Shown piece by piece: positions 59,363 through 64,000 of a DNA stretch of 64,000 nt (position 1 is its first letter; every line of letters starts with the position of its first letter). A program made the position numbers and the translations under genes. The stretch lies in the NCBI GenBank assembly GCA_963806855.1, contig CAWDYW010000001.1, forward strand, positions 1,376,001 through 1,440,000. The letters are read 5' to 3'. The notes under the pieces were generated by a model that saw only the letters and a program-made list of their open reading frames with translations, did not search any database and had not been told where the DNA came from. Source of the DNA: an uncultured Verrucomicrobiae bacterium (GTDB lineage Bacteria; Chlamydiota; Chlamydiia; Chlamydiales; Rhabdochlamydiaceae).

Positions 59363-60085
59363 TTAAACTTTTTGCAGAAAGTTAAAAGAAAACCCATCAA
59401 TGGCAACCAGCCGAATCGCTTCCTTTTCCGCATCGACCTCATATAGTGCTGTGGCCCCAGTTTTTGGATCGTTGAATGGAGGTTCACGGTAATCGATTTC
59501 AATCCCCGCTTTTTCGAGCGCGCCCATTGCAGGCACCTTAATGCAGGAAACTTTATGACCGAAGGCTAAAATCAGCCCGCCAGGATGCTCCTTCGCCACT
59601 TTGAACATAAACGGCTCGACCCGTGCAAAAACCTCCTCAAAACTCTCTCCATCATCGACAACTTTATAGGACCATTTCTGCTTCCAATTCATCTCTTTCG
59701 TTTCGGCTTTTTCCTTTGCAGAAAACTGACTGTATATCGCTTCTGGATGCCCGTCGAGAGCCTCGCCAAAGAACTTCTCCTTCAATGCATCATCGACGTT
59801 AGGTTGAATACCAATTCCAAGCTTCTCCAAAGCCAATTCTGTGGTCTGCACAGCGCGCTTCAGCGAAGAAGTATAAACAGCATTAATCTGATCCTTAAAA
59901 GGGACAAGAGACTCGCCCAAGTTCATCGCATCGCGCCGTCCATCTTCGGTCAAATCGAGATTGGCCCGGTCGCTCGATCCCCCCACACACTTCTGACGAT
60001 TGACCTCCGATTCCCCATGGCGGGCAAATAGGACATAGGTCTTGCCTGGTTCGAGTTTGTATTCAAAGGTATTTCCTATTGACAT
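59363..60085 (-). CDS. Histidine phosphatase family protein
   Basis: RHGES, YTSSLKRA.QT, GESF.E...R, and second His in FGH. Confidence 0.88.
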   Translation of the reverse strand: MSIGNTFEYKLEPGKTYVLFARHGESEVNRQKCVGGSSDRANLDLTEDGRRDAMNLGESLVPFKDQINAVYTSSLKRAVQTTELALEKLGIGIQPNVDDALKEKFFGEALDGHPEAIYSQFSAKEKAETKEMNWKQKWSYKVVDDGESFEEVFARVEPFMFKVAKEHPGGLILAFGHKVSCIKVPAMGALEKAGIEIDYREPPFNDPKTGATALYEVDAEKEAIRLVAIDGFSFNFLQKV

Positions 60086-60166
60086 CAATTTCTCCTAGAT
60101 AAAAAGATCATTATATAATGCCGAGCCATTTAAATGCAAGTAATTTAAATAATTATCTACTTATAT

Positions 60167-60724
60167 TTACCATGAAACCGTAGTTTCCACTGGAAATAAG
60201 CTATCGGAAAGAACCGCAAGCCCCACAACACACACAGCAAACCAAGCACATCCTTGGACATTCCTTTTATCTTGAAAGGCCTTGATAGATTTATAAAGAC
60301 CCAAAGCACCGATCACTCCCCCAATAAGAGGATAATAATTCGTTTTTACATCAGAGACACAGGTTTCTTGAAGCAAAGAGGCATTAAATTTGCCTAAATA
60401 ACATTTTTGCACAGTTTCTGTCGTCCCAGCTGTAACAGAGAGACTTTCGCAGATCTGACTTCCCTCTTTCCAGGCCTGGTGGATCATCTCTTTATTCGGG
60501 ATTCCGCTTTGAGAAATGAGCGTTACGACTCTATCCCCAACGATCTCCGAATGATATACCGTGGTACTCTGTAGCTTCCCGTATAATAAAGATCCGCTGT
60601 CTGCATAAAATGTTCCGACCCCTGAACCTGATTCGACACCAACAAATGCCATCCTGGTTAATGGGATGTTTGAACAAGCAAATGAAGGGACTTGTGACTT
60701 GAAAGCTGATGTTACTGTATCCAT
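60167..60724 (-). CDS. Orphan with Cys motif and C-terminal TM hairpin
   Basis: WKEGSQICESL...VQKC...FNASLLQETC plus two TMs. AGGAGAG RBS. Confidence 0.6.
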   Translation of the reverse strand: MDTVTSAFKSQVPSFACSNIPLTRMAFVGVESGSGVGTFYADSGSLLYGKLQSTTVYHSEIVGDRVVTLISQSGIPNKEMIHQAWKEGSQICESLSVTAGTTETVQKCYLGKFNASLLQETCVSDVKTNYYPLIGGVIGALGLYKSIKAFQDKRNVQGCAWFAVCVVGLAVLSDSLFPVETTVSW

Positions 60725-60815
60725 TTTTCTCTCCTGGCGTTAAAAGAGCAAAAGAGTACCGATTTTCTCGGATAAGCACAAGACAAAATGGTGCAGTCTT
60801 TATCCAGAGAGACGA

Positions 60816-61334
60816 TTAAGAAAAATAGATTCTGGGAAGAGCGATCGAAGCAACGCCTATGGCCACCCAACCCAATCCATATCCATTATTGCCAGCTTTA
60901 AAATTCTGATAGGCTTTCAGAGCTGCACCGACCCCTGCAATCACACCAACCGTTTGAGCAACAGCAGGAAGATAGGAAGAAGCCGCCGTAGTTTGGTAGC
61001 TCTTGCATGTCTCCTGATAGAGACGCGCATCAAAGGGGGCATCGTAACAGCGGTGAGCAATGAACTCCTGTTTAAATTCTGACGGGTAGAATGTGATACT
61101 TTCACAAGTGTGTCCGGGTCCTGTGAAATCGGGTCCTTGCGCGCCATATCTAATATAGGTGCGAGTCGTTTTATCTACATCCATCATAGCCAAACCTTTC
61201 GCATCTGCTCGAATCTCGCCTGCACTGCCAAAACGAAATGTCTTAGAATTTAAATTGTTAAATCTAGATTTAATTTCACCAAGCAATTCGGGCCGGCAAA
61301 TTTCTCTCATCAAATTTTCTTTAATAGCTTGCAT
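60816..61334 (-). CDS. Orphan with Cys motif and C-terminal TM hairpin
   Basis: G.TCESI...HRC...FDARLYQETC plus two TMs. AAGGAG RBS. Confidence 0.6.
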   Translation of the reverse strand: MQAIKENLMREICRPELLGEIKSRFNNLNSKTFRFGSAGEIRADAKGLAMMDVDKTTRTYIRYGAQGPDFTGPGHTCESITFYPSEFKQEFIAHRCYDAPFDARLYQETCKSYQTTAASSYLPAVAQTVGVIAGVGAALKAYQNFKAGNNGYGLGWVAIGVASIALPRIYFS

Positions 61335-61404
61335 AAGTTCTCCTTATAAGATATAGAAATATTATAAGGTTTCTCTTGTATTGGATCAACTAAGAAACAA
61401 ATTT

Positions 61405-62118
61405 TTAATTCATAATCTGAATATTTCTTTTGGCGGCGATTTCGAGCAAAGCCTTTTCGGAGGTGATTTCCCAGTCGCAGAATCTCCATAGATCGTAAGA
61501 ATAATTCCATACAGTATGAGCGCCAATAGCAGCTGCTAAACCGAATTTCTCATAGATGACGCCATAAGCGATCCCTGCACCTAAGTTATGTAGAGCAGCA
61601 TGTCGCGCTTCATAACCCAATTCAGCTGCGCTTAAGCGTGAAGTAGAGGCTATAATTCCTGGTACACCATAATGAGCAAGCCCAAATAGGGTAGCGACAA
61701 TCCCAATCCGAATCAGCTGCCCCTTAGTTAGAAACGGAGCCGAACCATTTTTGATAGGTTCCTGTCTAATTGGTGGAGCCGCCGATTTTTTTGCTTTGGG
61801 TGTAAAGTAGGAGAGAATTTTGTCCTGAAGGAGCCAACGAAAAGCTACTTCTTCAATAACAGGATCAAGGAGATTTCCTGTAAAGAGAATCCCAGCAAGA
61901 GCCGCAAATCGAATGGGCAACGATCCTTCAGGTAATACTTGTCTATAGGCTGGAGCATAATTGGTTTGGAAGTCCCGAATTAAAAGCCCGATGGTGTTCA
62001 TCTTTGTTAGCCCGACCAGTTGCCCTAAAACTGTTACTCCAGTAGCACAAGCCAGCACGGCTGGAACCCCATATTGTAAGCCCAGGCGATAATTTGATAA
62101 GTGTTTAGATACTTCCAT
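61405..62118 (-). CDS. CPBP (CAAX/Abi) intramembrane metalloprotease
   Basis: EEVAFR, FGLAH, and HTVWN motifs. Confidence 0.8.
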   Translation of the reverse strand: MEVSKHLSNYRLGLQYGVPAVLACATGVTVLGQLVGLTKMNTIGLLIRDFQTNYAPAYRQVLPEGSLPIRFAALAGILFTGNLLDPVIEEVAFRWLLQDKILSYFTPKAKKSAAPPIRQEPIKNGSAPFLTKGQLIRIGIVATLFGLAHYGVPGIIASTSRLSAAELGYEARHAALHNLGAGIAYGVIYEKFGLAAAIGAHTVWNYSYDLWRFCDWEITSEKALLEIAAKRNIQIMN

Positions 62119-62162
62119 TTTTATCCATTTATTATTACTAATGATATAGCATAATAAATATA

Positions 62163-63716
62163 TTATTTCAAGGCTTTAATTTGGTCGCGATTGACCTCAA
62201 GCACTTTGGTGGCCACACTTTGGATGAAGTAGCGGTCGTGGCTGACGAAGATCACGGTGCCGGGGAAGGCGATGAGGGCATTGCCGAGCGCCTCTTTCGA
62301 CTCGAGGTCGAGGTGGTTGGTCGGCTCATCGAGGACGAGGATATTGGCTCCCGAGAGCATGATTTTGGCCAGAAGTAGGCGGGCCATCTCTCCCCCGCTG
62401 AGCATGAAGATCTTTTTGTTGGTGTCTTCAGGACGAAAGAGGAGGCGGCCGAGGATCTGCCGTCTTTTCTCTTCGGTGAGGCCGACTGTCTCTTTTTCGA
62501 GCCACGCCAGCACGGTCTCATCGCCGACAAAGAGGTGCTTGTGCTCTTGATGGAAGATGGAGATTTCGACTTGGTGGCCAAGTGTTACAGTTCCGTCGTC
62601 TGGCAGCAGTTGGTTGGTGAGCATTTTGATCATGGTGGTTTTGCCGCCGCCGTTTTTGCCGATGAAGGCGATCCGCTCGCCCCGTTGGATTTCAAGATCG
62701 AGGGGGCCGATGAGGATATCGGGATCGAAGATCTTGGAGAGTCGTTTGGCTTTGATCGGGATTTGGCCCGAACGGGTTTTCTGGATGAAGCCAAATTGGG
62801 GGCTGCGGCGCGAGGAGATGCCGATGTCTGGCCAGACGATCTTCTCGATCATTTTCTTCCGGGCATTGGCTTGGGCCGCTTTAGTCGCTTTGGCCCCAAA
62901 GCGTTCGATAAACCGCTCCATCTTGGCCACTTTATCTTCGAGGCGGGCATGCTCTTTCTGTTTTTGCTCAACGATCTCGACCTTCTTTTTCAGGAACTGC
63001 GAATAGGTGCCCGGATAGGTGAGGATTTGTCCATAATCGATGTCGAGGACGCAGGTGCCGATGTTTTCGAGGAAGCGTTGATCGTGCGAGACGGCGATGA
63101 TCAACCCTTGGTAAGTCTCGATCAGATACTTTTCAAACCAGGCAATGGTGTCGATATCGAGATAGTTGGTCGGCTCGTCGAGAAGGAGGATATCGGGGTT
63201 GTTGAAGAGTAGCTGCGCAAGAAGAACGCGCATCTTCCATCCACCGGAGAACTGTTTGAGTGGCTCGCGGTGTTTTTCTGGCGCTATGCCAAGACCGATC
63301 AGAAGCGCTTCAGCATCTGCTTCAGCACGGTAACCGCCAAGGCGATTGATCCGCTCTTCGAGCTTTCCGAGACGGTTTGAATCTTCATCGGTCCAATGGG
63401 GGCGTTGTAGAAGCTGATCTTTGGCTTGAAGCGCTTCCCAAAGCTCTTCTCTACCCAAAATAACCACATTGACGATCGGCATCTCATCGTAGAGATGCAG
63501 CACCTGTTTCATCCAACCGATTTGGGAGGCTTTGGCGCGGGTTATTGTCCCAATGGTGGGGCTCAACTCTCCAGCGAGGAGGGTTAAGAAGGTCGATTTG
63601 CCAGTTCCATTGGCTCCGACGACGATATACCGGTATTTATTCGATAGTGTGAGGTTGACGTCATCGAAGAGGACCCGATCGCCATACTGCAGGGAAACTT
63701 CTTCAACAGTGATCAT
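62163..63716 (-). CDS. ABC-F family ATP-binding protein
   Basis: Two ABC cassettes (GANGTGKST / GKNGGGKTT; SGGW / SGGE; DEPTN twice), no TM segments. Confidence 0.92.
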   Translation of the reverse strand: MITVEEVSLQYGDRVLFDDVNLTLSNKYRYIVVGANGTGKSTFLTLLAGELSPTIGTITRAKASQIGWMKQVLHLYDEMPIVNVVILGREELWEALQAKDQLLQRPHWTDEDSNRLGKLEERINRLGGYRAEADAEALLIGLGIAPEKHREPLKQFSGGWKMRVLLAQLLFNNPDILLLDEPTNYLDIDTIAWFEKYLIETYQGLIIAVSHDQRFLENIGTCVLDIDYGQILTYPGTYSQFLKKKVEIVEQKQKEHARLEDKVAKMERFIERFGAKATKAAQANARKKMIEKIVWPDIGISSRRSPQFGFIQKTRSGQIPIKAKRLSKIFDPDILIGPLDLEIQRGERIAFIGKNGGGKTTMIKMLTNQLLPDDGTVTLGHQVEISIFHQEHKHLFVGDETVLAWLEKETVGLTEEKRRQILGRLLFRPEDTNKKIFMLSGGEMARLLLAKIMLSGANILVLDEPTNHLDLESKEALGNALIAFPGTVIFVSHDRYFIQSVATKVLEVNRDQIKALK

Positions 63717-63719
63717 AAT

Positions 63720-64000
<281 letters not shown>

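Noticed and set aside
62535..63212. 225-aa plus-strand ORF
   Set aside because: Antisense shadow of the ABC-F gene.

Overview
The window looks like chromosome from an environmental Chlamydiota bacterium. This is an inference from the yhhQ-tgt queuine-salvage pair, the Inc-like bilobed membrane proteins and several eukaryote-like orphan proteins. Housekeeping and transport genes (CCC-type permease, Hsp20, HlyD/TolC/ABC efflux operon, SDR, tdk, acyl-CoA ligase-GNAT, flotillin/NfeD, MFS, ABC-F, pheS, tRNA-Ser) are mixed with accessory material. Highlights: (i) a translationally coupled array of six membrane-anchored protein-kinase-like paralogs; (ii) four ~167-176 bp whole-length palindromic elements, one nested inside another; (iii) an intact IS200/IS605 (tnpA+tnpB) element whose empty site and TnpB guide can be reconstructed; (iv) a promoter-RBS cassette triplicated with Inc-like genes, one ending in a PxIxIT-like motif; (v) a 3459-aa protease-like plus SF2/DUF3638-like giant protein; (vi) a double BTB plus LRR-like protein; (vii) a dispersed family of Cys-motif, C-terminally anchored orphans; (viii) an AbiE type IV TA pair with an upstream palindrome. 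About ten small frameshifts (7.5-19 kb and ~40 kb) may be assembly errors rather than true pseudogenes. All family calls come from motif recognition by eye, with no database searches.
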